From contig AP026156.1 in the NCBI GenBank assembly GCA_030295235.1, positions 124,001 to 188,000 on the forward strand: 64,000 nt of DNA, read 5' to 3'. Origin of the DNA: Fistulifera solaris (lineage: Eukaryota). A program made the translations under genes and the position numbers. Below the pieces are notes generated by a model. The model was not told the DNA's origin. It saw nothing but the letters and a program-made list of their open reading frames with translations, and searched no databases. Below, piece after piece: positions 24,476 to 36,742 of this stretch (within the stretch, counting starts at the first letter, position 1; each line of letters opens with the position of its first letter).

Positions 24476-25090
24476 ATGAAGCTTGCGGTGCTTATTGTTT
24501 CTCTTCTTTCGCTCTGCGAAACGGAGAGTTACTCTCCGAGTGAGTATACTGTAGAATGATTGTAGGCACCGTCGGCTCTCGCTTTTTTTCTCACACAATC
24601 TCGTTCCGAAAAACAGATGCCAACAAGGCCACTCGGCCAATGGTGGAGATGCAAAAAGCGGCCGCCGGTGCCTTTGCCGCGTTTACCATTGCTAGCTCGG
24701 TTCTCACGATGTCTCCCGCCGCCAACGCCGTGCCGGCCTTTCCCACGCAAGTTTTGGCGGAAAAGGTCATCCGTGAAGGTGTGTACGGAGAATACGAGAT
24801 TGATCTTCCCGAACAAAAATACGATGATGCTCGATCGACTTTCAAGTCCGCGAAAGAGACTAAAACCAAGAAAGGTACGTGGATACAAAAGTAATTGAGA
24901 AGTAAAGAAAAGCATCTCACCACTCGTCCTAGGCAAATACACGGCTTTGCTCGCCATCCTCATTGTGGGAAGTTTCATCATTCCAATGGCTCAATACTGG
25001 TGGTACGTGAAGGATGATGATAGCTCGGATAAATTCTTTGCACAGAATGTGCCAGACCCGGAACCTCCCAAGAAGAAGGGTTGGTTTTAA
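24476..25090 (+). CDS. Small plastid/thylakoid single-TM protein of unknown function; introns 24540-24616 and 24875-24932
   Basis: Signal peptide MKLAVLIVSLLSLCETESY, second hydrophobic signal ending 'PAANA', TM 'YTALLAILIVGSFIIPMAQYWWY', C-terminal KKKGWF*. Confidence 0.7.
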
Positions 25091-25250
25091 ACAGCTACAT
25101 TTGACAATTTTCTGGGGTTCTTGGAAGCGTAACGGAATTGCCATGAACGATGGACGGAGATTAGAACTTCATCAAGGAAACATAAACAATTTATTTTTAC
25201 TACAACTTATTATTGTTGTTTCCGATGTCCCTTTCCGCTTCCTTTGTTAC

Positions 25251-25472
25251 TTATGGCTGCGGACAAGACGAGTCACCATTCATGATGGCGGTGCCCATCC
25301 GCCGTGGCCATGTAACGAAGCTTTCGAGAAATTCGTTCGCATCCGCAGCAACATGGAAAACGGCTTCAAAGGGTTGCAAAATCACCCAAAAGGCCGCCGC
25401 GAAAAAAGCGACCGGCCATACGAGAAGCACCAAAATGATGATCCAAAGGACCGAAAAGCAGGGATTCCCCAT
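25251..25472 (-). CDS. Small (73 aa) hydrophobic membrane protein, tandem copy 1
   Basis: MGNPCFSVLWIIILVLLVWPVAFF...LQPFE...FVTWPR...DSSCPQP. Confidence 0.75.
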   Translation of the reverse strand: MGNPCFSVLWIIILVLLVWPVAFFAAAFWVILQPFEAVFHVAADANEFLESFVTWPRRMGTAIMNGDSSCPQP

Positions 25473-25770
25473 AATGATCACTGACAGTGCAAACTTTTTA
25501 TGAATTTGCGAAACTGATGGCGAATAAAGCAAGCAATTAATGGTCGATAATACAATTCGAGAGTGAAGAGGATGAATAGAAGCGGATCGAAATGATAATG
25601 GAGGTGTCAGGTGGAGGTTCACGAAAATGGTGTACTTAAGAAACATAGCTTCCCATGAATGCGAACTCTTATGGACTTGAATTGAGGCTTCTGATTTGTT
25701 GATACCGCCTTAAAAGTAGTCTATGACCGCTTCTAACCCTTATTCTTTATTTTTCGTAAGGATGCTAGTT

Positions 25771-25992
25771 CTAGGGCTGAGGACAGGATGAATCGCAGTT
25801 TACAATGGCTTTTCCCAACTTTCGCGGCCAGGTCACAAATCCTTCGAGACATTGATTGGCGCCTTTCACGAAACCAAATAAGGATTCAAAGGGCTGCAGG
25901 AACACCCACAACACGGATAGAAAGAAGGCCAAAGGCCAAGCCAGGAACCATAACAGGATCATCCACAGTAAAGAGAAACAAGGATTGGCCAT
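25771..25992 (-). CDS. Small (73 aa) hydrophobic membrane protein, tandem copy 2
   Basis: MANPCFSLLWMILLWFLAWPLAFF...LQPFE...FVTWPR...DSSCPQP; same length and motifs as copy 1. Confidence 0.75.
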   Translation of the reverse strand: MANPCFSLLWMILLWFLAWPLAFFLSVLWVFLQPFESLFGFVKGANQCLEGFVTWPRKLGKAIVNCDSSCPQP

Positions 25993-26470
25993 GATCGACG
26001 TCTTGGGCTGCAAGATTACTTTTGACGAGTGATTAAGGTCGGAATAAGTTATATGGAAGAAGAGAGCAATTGTGAAAATAGGATGATACTCCGTTCATCA
26101 TCATTTTGTTCATCGAGAGGTCGATGGTCGATCGATCGAATGACAAAGAGGATCTTGTGAGAAGGAGCACGTGAGTGAATCGCGAGCGGTACTACAGGGG
26201 GTTAAGTAAAAAACATTCTTGAAAGCTCTTGTTTTTCACAGATAGCTTTTGTAGTACCGCTACGATCACAAATTTTAGGGTCTGGTCTGCTCGCGTCGCT
26301 CGAACCGTCTGATATCTCCCCACATCATCGCGCAGCACTGCCTTTTTGTTGCCATCATTTGACTCAAATAATACTGGTGCCATTAGTTCTTTCGATCCTA
26401 TTACTCCGTATTGTCTTGTAACCTAGTAAACTCGTTCACACACAGCAACGTTTAAAAACAGACACAAAAC

Positions 26471-26839
26471 ATGAGAGGACGCCGACTGCTGCAACAATTT
26501 CGCATGTGGATGCCGACGATGCCGTTGACGCTCGTTTCCGCCAAAAATGCGACGCCCACACATCCCGCTCGGGCCGTCTTTCGGACGTTGCCGCGGATGA
26601 CGAAGCACGAAATTAAGGAATATTTAACCAAAATTTATCAATTGCCGGTAAAACAAGTCAATACGATGAATTATCAAGGGAAACGGAAGCGATTATTGAC
26701 ACAAAACAAGCCGGTGTATTTCAAATACAAGGATTTCAAGAAGGCAGTCGTGACGTTTGATGATTCTTTGCAAGATGTTGGCCTCGGTATGCGTATTTTA
26801 GAGCTCGAGGAAGGTGAACTGGCGGAAGGTGGAAAGTAA
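26471..26839 (+). CDS. MRPL23: Mitochondrial ribosomal protein L23 (uL23m)
   Basis: 'MTKHEIKEYLTKIYQLPVKQVNTMNYQGKRKR...DFKKAVV'. Confidence 0.85.
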   Translation: MRGRRLLQQFRMWMPTMPLTLVSAKNATPTHPARAVFRTLPRMTKHEIKEYLTKIYQLPVKQVNTMNYQGKRKRLLTQNKPVYFKYKDFKKAVVTFDDSLQDVGLGMRILELEEGELAEGGK

Positions 26840-26933
26840 ATAACATGGAGTAGCTATAAAAGAATTGGGACTCTGACTACTCGATTGCCCTTGTTGTTGA
26901 CTAAGGTGCAATATATCGTATATAAATTTTATT

Positions 26934-29900
26934 CTATGATTCATCAAAGTTCTGCAATACTTCACCAATCAGATAAAGATCATCGCGAGCTGAAGCATGT
27001 ACTTTTTCGAACCAAATAGCGACTTGGTCGCTCCAAATACGAAGGATTTGCCAAGCCAATGAACTTCCCAGTAATAGGCGGGTGGTGATGGCGCGGATCA
27101 ACGGAGAGAGATTCCACAGTGAGGACGACACAAATACAAAACTCATGGGAATCGCCAGGATCCAAGAAAGTCCCATAAATATTGGAATCGCCACATAATG
27201 CAGTAAAACAGTCTTGTCCACCTTGTCGAATTCCCAATTCATCATCACTGCGCGAAGAATTTCTAAAAATTGTGCCATGCGTCCATATTCCCCTTGCCAT
27301 GTAAGTCGCAATCGACCTCCTACAGTTTGCCACGCCGCTGCACGAGCATCGGCGGGATTCTCCTCTCCTTCTTCGGCGCGGCCTTCCACGACCATAATGC
27401 GGAAGCGTCGTGTCAGTACCCCTCGTAAACACAAGAACGACCAGACATACAACAACAAACCACCGGTGGCCCAACTCGCCCCAAGAGACTCCCATTGAAT
27501 CATTCGTTCTTGACCGGCAAACCAGTCCAGTGACTTGAGAAAGGCCAGATCGTAGGCAACACCCAGAAGTAATGGTGACAGTCCAAAGAACAGGACCAAG
27601 GTTTCGACTAGTACAAGAGATTTGCCCCATGGTGGGAAATGGAATCCGCGGGCCCAACTCGTCAGTCTTTTCCACAGCGTGTGTTCAATTCTCGCAACGG
27701 ATCTTGCTACCATGACGGTGGGTGTAAAGGTCATGAGAAAACCGATCAAAAAGGCAGTAGGGTCGTGAACCCATTGATCTGGAACGCGGAGAATATGATA
27801 GACAAGCCGCCCCGCAAAGAGTGGTCCGAAGATTATAATACTGAGCAAAGTCGTTGTGGCCATCCACGACAATAATAGCATTACCACAATTTTACATGTC
27901 ATGGCGAACTTGGAAGAAAACTTATCGTTCTTTTGAAAGAACGACTGCCGGCAAGCCACGCTCTGCTCAACGTCCGATTTTCGCTCCGAGCGGTAGGCCC
28001 ATCGCCCTTGGACATCGGGTGGATCCGCGCCCAAATCATCCCAGCCCTCAGGTGGGCGGGGTATTGGTGAACCTGTTCTTTCGATCCATAAATTGATAAA
28101 AAACTCATTTTGGTTGCCAGGTTTGCGTTCCAGTCGGTATTTGCCAATTTTCGTCGGCAACAGAATAGATCTACTTCTCATTGATTTTCCCGGAAGCAGT
28201 ACGGGTAAACGTATAAAATCTGAGCTAGTAGGCAGCACACGCTGGCCATCGGCCTTAGCTTTGGGTGCCCGAAAAGTGCTCCCTTGATGCGACACTTTAA
28301 ACTTTGACAGTTCTGCATCGATTAGCTCCTCTGCTTTTGTATCCGTCTTGGCAAGGTCATACCAAAACGACACGAGTGTCTTTTCACTTTCAAACACTTC
28401 CCGGCATCCTAAATATTCGAATCGATGAACGCGCAAAGGCAGAACTCTATCTTGGATGCCCATGATCCCCGTTATGACTTTCAGCCAATGATGCTGCATT
28501 TCACCCAAGCCATTTTTGTACCTTTCCAATAGCCCAAGCATCGACAGATGGAAGAAAATCAATTCAAACGGCACTTGGATCTTGGGAGAGATCAAATAGA
28601 ACAACTTGAGACGGAACGATGGAACAATTGGCTGAAGGAACGGTAACTTCAGAATTTGCGTCGGAATATATATGTGCATAGCCCATAGGGCAGCGTAGAT
28701 GAGTAGCGAAACTGCCATGCGTTTGGCGTGTGTAGCGGCAGTTTCATGCAAAAGATTCCCCAACAAGTCGGGCTGGGGCTCTTGCGGACGAATCACTTGA
28801 GACAAGAGATCTGGGTGTACAACTTCGCGAAGCTGCAACACGGATACCGTTACCAATAGCATAAAAGTGATCCCCATAACCCAATGAAGTAACACAAAAG
28901 AAAATAGGTCACTCCCTGCGTACGCAATGCGTTCTTCCCAAGAGCATCCCAATACACTGGAAACAGACGCATCCAGACACAGCCCCAACATCACCGGCAA
29001 CAGAAACATTTTCGCAAAAAGCAAGACTCCCACCTTGACCACGGCCATCATTCCGTCGAGCGCCACGGCAACCGCCACATTCAAGGCGACTGCCGGCTCG
29101 TCACCCAAATGTCCCTCAACAGCCGCCATGCGTTCCTCCCACGTTTCACGAGTATCGTCGGCTATAAGACCCCCGGACGACGTCATGACCCCCAATACGT
29201 GCTGCCCCGCTACCCATAGGGCTCGGACGGACCACGCCGCTGCGGCACACGCGAAATATCCCATGACAATGGCGACGAAATCCTTCAAACGAAATACCGA
29301 TTCTTGCCGTTGACTCTCGGCATCTATCTCACGTATTATCGACCAAAATCCGTCGTCGCCCTCCGACTGCGTTTCGTTACCGCGAGGAAAAAGACCGGAT
29401 GCTATCGCCATTCCCACGGTGCGGGGAATGTAACAAAAGAATCCAAGGTACACCGCATTGAATGCCAACAGCCACAAAACATTCCGTACCACTGTCAATA
29501 TGGGACCTCGAACTCCAAGTAATTCATCCAAAGCAATGTTGATGTCGACATCCATGTTTTCATCGCCATCCAGATCAAAGAGGCGATTGTTGTTGTTGTT
29601 ATTATTATTCAATTCTGGCGGTGGGTTGTGAATGACTTCATCTTCTCGAACAAATTCGGGCATATTCAATTCATCTTCTTCCTCTTCACTATGATTGGGA
29701 ACCTCATCGAGACTATCGTACGAGTCGTCATCCTCGTCCTCCTCCGACTCGTTGTCATTATGACTCACGGGCCGCATTGCCGCCTGTCGCAATCGTCGGG
29801 GCGGTCGTGCCAATATTTCTTGTTGCACCATTTCCCAGACACCATTGTCAATGTTTTCTTCGGCCGGTGGCACTCGTTCCGGTGCCGGCACTACTGCCGC

Positions 29901-30629
29901 CGGCGGTCGCGGCACCCACGGTGCGATCCCCCGTTGTTGCCATTCGATGCGTAAAAAGTCGACAAAACTCATGATCGACAGAAAACTAATGATAATAGAA
30001 GCCGCCACCACCAATCCACTGGCCCAATCCTCAATGCGAGCGGAACGAACCCACAATTCTGTTGGACGATAATGCATCCACCCATGGTATTGATAGGCCG
30101 TCAACCACGGTGTCACGACTAACCACAAGACAATGGCAAAAGAAACTCGACTCAATTGAGGCAACCATCTTATGATCAAACGTCGGACGACTCCGTAAAC
30201 CACTTGCGTCGGAAACAATCGGGACGGCGCGGAAGGCGCGTAAAGGGGCGTGAATCGAAAGGGCGTATGACACAATTCACACGTCCCGTTGTTGCCGCGT
30301 TGCACTTGCAACCAGGATTGCAAACAATCTTGATGCGTCAAACCAATACTACCGGAACAACGACATGGTTTGTACAGTGGGTGACTGGAATAATGATAAT
30401 GGTGAGGACGCAGAAAAATAGGAATGGAAAAGGAAAATATTATCAAGGGGAGGGAAACACAAAGAACAGGCAAAACAAAAGCAATCAAGAACCAGAGCCA
30501 ATCTAGCACATTAAAATACTCCGTTCACAAATAAACTCACCCTTCTTCAGCTGGACCACGGCAAACCCGACATTCGTCTTCATCATCGTCTTCGTGAAGC
30601 GGATGGAGCTGCGTCGCAGGATCATCCAT
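26934..30629 (-). CDS. MARCH6: RING-CH E3 ubiquitin ligase MARCH6/Doa10/SUD1; intron 30385-30540
   Basis: Spliced RINGv ECRVCRG...HPLYKPCRCSGSIGLTHQDCLQSW...CELC, many TMs, TD-domain 'LLHWVMGITFM...LREVVHP', C-terminal 'RDDLYLIGEVLQN'. Confidence 0.92.
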
Positions 30630-31086
30630 TTTGCTGCGTTTGTATGCTGTTGCTGACTGCAGTTGAAAATTACTTCGAAGTGTACTCTCTCTCGTAAAGA
30701 GCCTTGTTTAGAATTGATGGAATAATATAAAAGCAAGGGGAACGTGGGCAAGAATGAACTCTAGAATTGCAACAACTAATAAACGCTGTTATGAAAAGAA
30801 AACGGAGGAAATAATAAATCGCACCGCAAACTGCAACGCCTCGCCTAAAAGCAGCGAGCGTTTTGTTTTTATATCTAAACCGTGTTGTCGGAATTAGGCA
30901 CATACTATTAGATACCGCTACGATCGTTGTATCACGGATGGGTAGACAGACCGTCTCTCCGCCCATTCAACTCTTTTTTTCGTCCGCATAAAAAAGAAAA
31001 GAAAGAGCTATCAATTGTTATTCTTTCCAACCTTTGTAACAAGCAACAAGTTGACTGTTTCTAACTAACAACAATAACAGACAAGA

Positions 31087-31482
31087 ATGAGCGTCAATGA
31101 AGTCAAATTAAAGAAAGCCACCACGCCCTTGACCATTCTCGGCAATGGCCCCGCGACATCGCGGACCTTTTGTATCGGCGATGAAGATCATACGTTGGGC
31201 AACGCCTTGCGGCATATTTTGATCCGTCAACGCGACGTGAACTTTGCGGGCTATTCCGTCCCGCATCCGTCCGAGCCGTTTGTCCACATTCGTGTCCAAA
31301 CTTCGTCCGATGAAACAGCGGCCGCGGCTTTGCATCAATCCTGTCAGACCTTGTCGCAGCAATGTCAACTCGTGTTGGAACAATTGGAGCGGTTGGTGCC
31401 GGCGACAAAAGAAGATCGAATCCGGATTGAAGAGGCGTTATTGGAAGATGCGGAAGATGACGAGGATGAGATGGAAGAATAA
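31087..31482 (+). CDS. POLR1D: RNA polymerase I/III subunit AC19 (RPAC2)
   Basis: 'EDHTLGNALR...FAGYSVPHPSE...IRVQT'. Confidence 0.9.
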   Translation: MSVNEVKLKKATTPLTILGNGPATSRTFCIGDEDHTLGNALRHILIRQRDVNFAGYSVPHPSEPFVHIRVQTSSDETAAAALHQSCQTLSQQCQLVLEQLERLVPATKEDRIRIEEALLEDAEDDEDEMEE

Positions 31483-31739
31483 CGAATGAATGAAAGACAG
31501 CGAACTCATGAAACGGTTAGGACATGATATAGCATGCTGTGTTTGATGAATGATTATTGAGTTTTGCTGTCAGGAATTGTCGATAATGGATAAAAGCTAG
31601 TGGATGCGGCAGGTTAGGTTGCATTCAAATACAAGGAACTATCATGAAGCAGCAATCTTTATAATTGTTTTGCTGGCTGGCCTGTGAATCAACTAGTAAT
31701 CCATTGCAGACGAACATTGAATGAATTTGTTAATCTAGT

Positions 31740-32189
31740 TTAGTAACCTTCATTGCTAATTGTCACATCATAATCACGATACCGTTCGTCTTCCAAGACG
31801 ACTTCTCGACTTATGGCATGATTGGCCAAGCCAAAGCCGTAACTGAAACCGTAAATCTTCATTTTTGGGGGTTGGCAATCGATCCGACCTCCTCCCGTGA
31901 CGTCTATATCCACATAACCCGCTTGGGACAATTGTTCTAGAACCGGCTCCGCAGCGTCGCGGTGATAATGGGCACCCCGTTTGCTGGTGACGAAATATTG
32001 TTCGTCTCCGCTCGGCGATTGCGCTCGGATTAGCACGTATTTGTGACAACCTGCATCAATCTGAACGCATGGTACTCGGGTAAAGTGAGTTGTAGTATTA
32101 TTTGGAGTATTGCGGTACCGAGCTTGCAGGGCGGCGGCTTTCTGTTGATCTTCTTCGTTTGTCGTGTATTGTGCTTCGGAAGACGACAT
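31740..32189 (-). CDS. PHPT1: 14-kDa phosphohistidine phosphatase (Janus/Ocnus family)
   Basis: 'KYVLI...GAHYH...TGGGRI...IYGFSYGFGLANH...SNEGY'. Confidence 0.9.
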   Translation of the reverse strand: MSSSEAQYTTNEEDQQKAAALQARYRNTPNNTTTHFTRVPCVQIDAGCHKYVLIRAQSPSGDEQYFVTSKRGAHYHRDAAEPVLEQLSQAGYVDIDVTGGGRIDCQPPKMKIYGFSYGFGLANHAISREVVLEDERYRDYDVTISNEGY

Positions 32190-32253
32190 GATGTAAAGAT
32201 AGCTCGACCGGCAACAAATCAAATTATAATAGTGCGTTAAAACTTATACAGGG

Positions 32254-32256
<3 letters not shown>

Positions 32257-32312
<56 letters not shown>
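32257..32312. repeat. (TGAT)14 microsatellite
   Basis: Direct reading; lies in the divergent PHPT1/oxygenase intergenic region. Confidence 0.95.
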
Positions 32313-32316
<4 letters not shown>

Positions 32317-32579
32317 GATTTCGGCCTAATACAAGGAAAGCAACAACCAACAACAGCAATAAAAAACGCAACAACAAAACAACATTTGGAACGTCCTCCC
32401 ATCATACCGGTACCGAAGCACGGGATTATCTTATTGTTTCGCGTATTGAGAACCGAGAACACAAACAATGCAAACATAACTTATGCCGGTCGCAAAATCC
32501 GTTTCATAATGAAAAGGGACATAGTCTTCAATGGTTGTATCAGATATGGCACACAACCTTATTCAAGCATTCGCCTGCA

Positions 32580-33655
32580 ATGATTCGTTCACTTTCGTCT
32601 CGGCGTCCACCACTTTCTAGAAACGTTTCCAAGAAAGGACTGCTGTGGCTGGGAACCTTGATAGCCGCCCTTTTTCTTGTTGTTTTCCATCGCGACAAAC
32701 CGGTGGGTGTCGTGGTTGTACCAAGTAGTACCATCGACTCTTCCGACGCTTTTTCCGCCATTCAAGATCTTCATGACGCGCTTTCCCAACACCGTCTGGA
32801 TTCCCTGGCGCGACTCTACTCGAAACCCTACCGACAGAATACACCCTTTCCACACATTGTCATGGACGGAGTCTTTTCCGAAATGTATTTGCGTTTGGTT
32901 CAACAAGAACTGTCTCGAGAACCGACCCAGCACGGATGCATCGAGGGATCCTCGCAGTGTTTCCACGATATTTCATCTCAATACAAAAAAATCGGCTTTG
33001 GACAATGAAGCGAAAATGGGATTCTTGACAAGGATGCTGTTTGAGAAAATGAAAGGATCGACGTTTGTAACCTTTTTGGAGCAATTATCGGGAATCGATG
33101 GTCTTATCCCGGATCCACACTTTCGTGGATCCGGAATTCATGTGACGGCCCCGGGAGGTACGTGGGACTACTAGCGAAACTGATTTTATGATTCTAAGCA
33201 AAGCAAACGGGGCTGATGGTTTCACGTGAATGATTTGCTTTCGTTCAGGATTTTTGAACATTCACGCCGATTTCAACAAATACAAGAAATTCAATCTGGA
33301 TCGCCGAGTGAACGTGTTTATCTTTTTGAACGAAGATTGGAGAGACGAAGATGGTGGTCACTTGGAGTTGTGGTCAAAGGACATGCGTTCGTGTCATCAA
33401 CGGATCTTGCCCGCATTCAATCGACTGGTGGTGTTCTCCTCGACTGATTTTTCCTATCATGGACATCCTCATCCGTTACCAGGACCACGATCACGTCGTA
33501 GTTTAGCGTTGTATTACTACACGAATGGACGTCCTTCATCCGAGTGCACCGATGAAGATTGTTCGGGTGACGGTCATTCGACTCTGTTTCAAAAACCGTT
33601 TGGTTGTGAACGCTGCGAGGATGCGACCTGTCGAGCTTATGCCGAAGTAGTGTAG
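32580..33655 (+). CDS. Type-II membrane 2OG-Fe(II) oxygenase; intron 33158-33248; extra A near 32990
   Basis: N-terminal TM, 'PFPHIVMD', 'LIPDPHFRGSGIH...GG|FLNIHADFN', 'GGHLELW', 'SYHGHP...RRSLALYYY'. Confidence 0.85.
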
Positions 33656-33994
33656 TGATTTTGTTTTGTAATCATACGGACAGATAGCTACTCCATTTTT
33701 TGCTAGATTGAATGCATCGCCAAGGGGAATATCAAACATGACATAGCAGTCCCAGTTCTGATTTCGGTTATTATGGTTCTCGCTTCTCGTTGCTTCCAAG
33801 GATAAATAACACGGTTTCTTCGGTAACCTTAGCTTGGTTTGTACTCGAACCTTACTGGATGATTACGAACGATCTTTTTTTGACGCGACGGCGACGACAC
33901 AACGCAAAGGCGACAAAAATAACACGCCGTATTTTTTGATTGCCTGCTTTCTTGTTACTTTTATATCATCATTTGATATAACTATTACCGCAGC

Positions 33995-34559
33995 ATGTCC
34001 TCTCCTCGTGTCAATTCGTGGCTCCGCTTCTGCAATGCTGTGACGGCGTTGAGCTGGCTGGCTGTTGTCCTTGTCTTACTCGTCAAAAGAATGACGACTC
34101 GTGCGAAACACATTTGACACCTTCGGTCCGAGTCGCTTTGGCTGTCTCCGGCTTCGAATTCATCAATGCTGTTGTCGGTTTCACACGATCGAAACCATGG
34201 CAAGTCTTTTTGTTTGCCAGTGTCCGCACGGGTGTGGAACTGTGGGTAACTCCGCTCGTCGGATGTGCTCATGTCACGCATTTATTGACGGTCACCTGTT
34301 GGGCGGTGGGTGATTCCATTCGATTTGGTTGCAATGCAATAGAGAATCATGCATCCAAATGGGTTCGTTACAATGTGGGATGTCTATTGTTTCCCATCGG
34401 TGCGTTTGGTGAAATGTGGATGGTGTATACGGCGGGGTACCCTTTGCGGCAGCCTTGTGGCCACTGGGATTCTTTCCCTTGTATCGGCAACTGTTGAAAC
34501 AGCGAAAGAAGTTCATGCAGAGTCTATCAACATCTGATAAAATCAAGAAAACAAAGTAG
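33995..34559 (+). CDS. HACD: 3-hydroxyacyl-CoA dehydratase (PTPLA/HACD family); indels near 34086 and 34443
   Basis: 'CWAVGDSIRF', 'KWVRYNVGCLLFPIGAFGEM', ending 'LLKQRKK...KIKKTK*' (ER dilysine). Confidence 0.75.
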
Positions 34560-35315
34560 CTTTGGTGCCCATACACGAATTCTTGCCTGCTTCTCATCCA
34601 TTGAGCACTTTTATTTGCTCCGCAAATGAAACGCGAAGCACAAGTTCATCGACCGCTTAACAACTTCTTGGAAAATACTTGTACCGGTTCTTGGATGTTG
34701 GATACAATCCATTAATTTCTTGTGACACATGCAACGCAACACGGATAGGTCCCTGGCTTTAGATATCCTTTCGACCTTATCCTTTACTCTTCAAGACCGC
34801 AGTAGAGCAACGAATCTTGTTCTGGTGCTCTTTATTTTGTCCAGATACACTGCCGTTTATTCAAGTTAAGGCTACTCTAATGTTTAATCATCTATTAGCG
34901 CGCTGTGTAACATTGGCCCGTTCATAGATAAATTCTCCAACTTTTATAGAATTCAGTTCGCGTCATGCTTCAGTAACATCATCCACAGCGCCTGTTTAAT
35001 GACTTTTAACATTTTGTGGTCAGAGCAAGTGTCTCTCTAGGGTGACAATATTGTTACTGTACTCCAAAAACCTTACCGCAATTAAAAAGTTATTCATAGT
35101 TGGTAGAGAATAGCCGGGACTGATGGTAATGGAATCGGAAACTAGTGCTTCTCTTCAGCGAAAAGGTCCCCTTTTTCGCTGTCTCATTATTTTGGTCGAA
35201 GTTGATAGAAGTTCTTCGCGACGGAAAGAAAACAACAACATACCCAACGAAGCAGCCCTTGCCCCCTAAAAACCACTGCCCGACATTCTGTGACTTGACT
35301 TGGTCATTTTGTGCT

Positions 35316-36358
35316 TCATCCCGACTCGATCATGACGACACAATCGTGCAATTCCGACGGAATGAGATCCATCGAAACCACCCAATTGATGCGCAATTCT
35401 TGTAACGACGCCATGATGGGGATCCTCGTGTCAAGTGCTTTGCATTGTCCCAGATCCAGCACTCGCAAGGGTGTTTGACTCAAAGAAGAAGGCAATTCCG
35501 TCAAACGTTTGCAGCCACGCACATCCAACCAGACCAACGACGAACAGTGTCCCAACGTGGACGGCAACGACCGCAACGACTTGCATTTGGACAGTACCAA
35601 ATCTTCCAACGATTGCAATTGTCCCACACTTTCCGGTAGTTGCGTCAAGGCAATGCATTTGGCCATATTCCATTCCTTCAACGAAATCCAGTCACCGACC
35701 TGGTCGGGCAATTCCGTAATAGATTTGCATTCTCGCATGTGCAAGATACGGAGACGCTTCCATGGACCCACGGGAAGATTCTTCAAAACTTTGCACTTGT
35801 CCAAATACAATTCTTCCAAAGCCGTCAAATTGGCGAAGGAAGCCGGTAATTCGCGCAATACTTTATTGCCCGTCGTGAACGAACACGCCAAAGAAAGTCG
35901 CTTCAAACTGTGAATCGTTGGTGCGATGAGATGAACAGAAAGAAGAAGACTACTTGACTGTTGTCGTCGTACCTATTCAATGCTCCAATCGATTCGGGTA
36001 ACGCTTGCAACATACACGAATCGGTCAAATCGAGCTGTCACAACGACATGTGATGAGGAACACTATAGCCGCAACAACATCACTATTTTCGTATTACCTC
36101 TTGTAATTGCCGCAATTGTCCCAAATCGTCCGGCAATGTCTGTAATTGAACACACTGCGTGATTTTTAGACAAATCAAAGACGATTGCTGCAACAGACTC
36201 GGATGCAAGGTCCGCAGGTACCGTTGTTGATGGAAATCCATGCAGGTGTATTGTTCGGTCAGGCAAGGCATTGTGTGCCATCGCTCCGCATCGCGACAGT
36301 CGCGTGTACTGAAGCATTTGGTCTCATCGTCCTCGTTGAGCATGATGAATTGGTTCAT
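35316..36358 (-). CDS. Leucine-rich repeat protein (plant-type LxxLxLxxCxxLxxLP repeats); introns 36035-36097 and 35908-35972
   Basis: Three exons splice in frame (LQE|LDLTDSCMLQALPESIGALN|SLKRLSL). About 8 LRRs. C-terminus uncertain. Confidence 0.85.
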
Positions 36359-36742
36359 TTTATTGTGTTTGTGATGAATATAATGAAATAAAGATTTTTT
36401 GGTGTTTTGTTTGTTGTTCTTTATTGAGAGCGGCGGAAACACGAACGTGACGTCTAGCAGATGTCACGCCTCAATACTATCTCCACAAATGTACACAAGA
36501 AGCCGAGAGGATGTTTCTGCGCACCAGGAAGAACCCCTTCTTCAATACCGCTTCGTTGCTCCGAGTACTGATCGAGTGATACACGGATCCGCGCGACTTA
36601 GATGATGATGGCTCTCGCGCGCAGCTTTTGCCGAACAGAACAACATCCGCACAGCAAAGTGAACCTCCAATAATAAAGCCGGTTCTTGCCTCCAAGAAAC
36701 AAGTAAAGAGAAGAAAAATAGATTCGATTATCGCCGTTAACC

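Noticed and set aside
30385..30540. Hydrophobic N-terminal extension of the MARCH6 ORF (LDWLWFLIAF...)
   Set aside because: It is a T-rich GT-AG intron read through in frame; the true exon 1 supplies the first two RING Cys.
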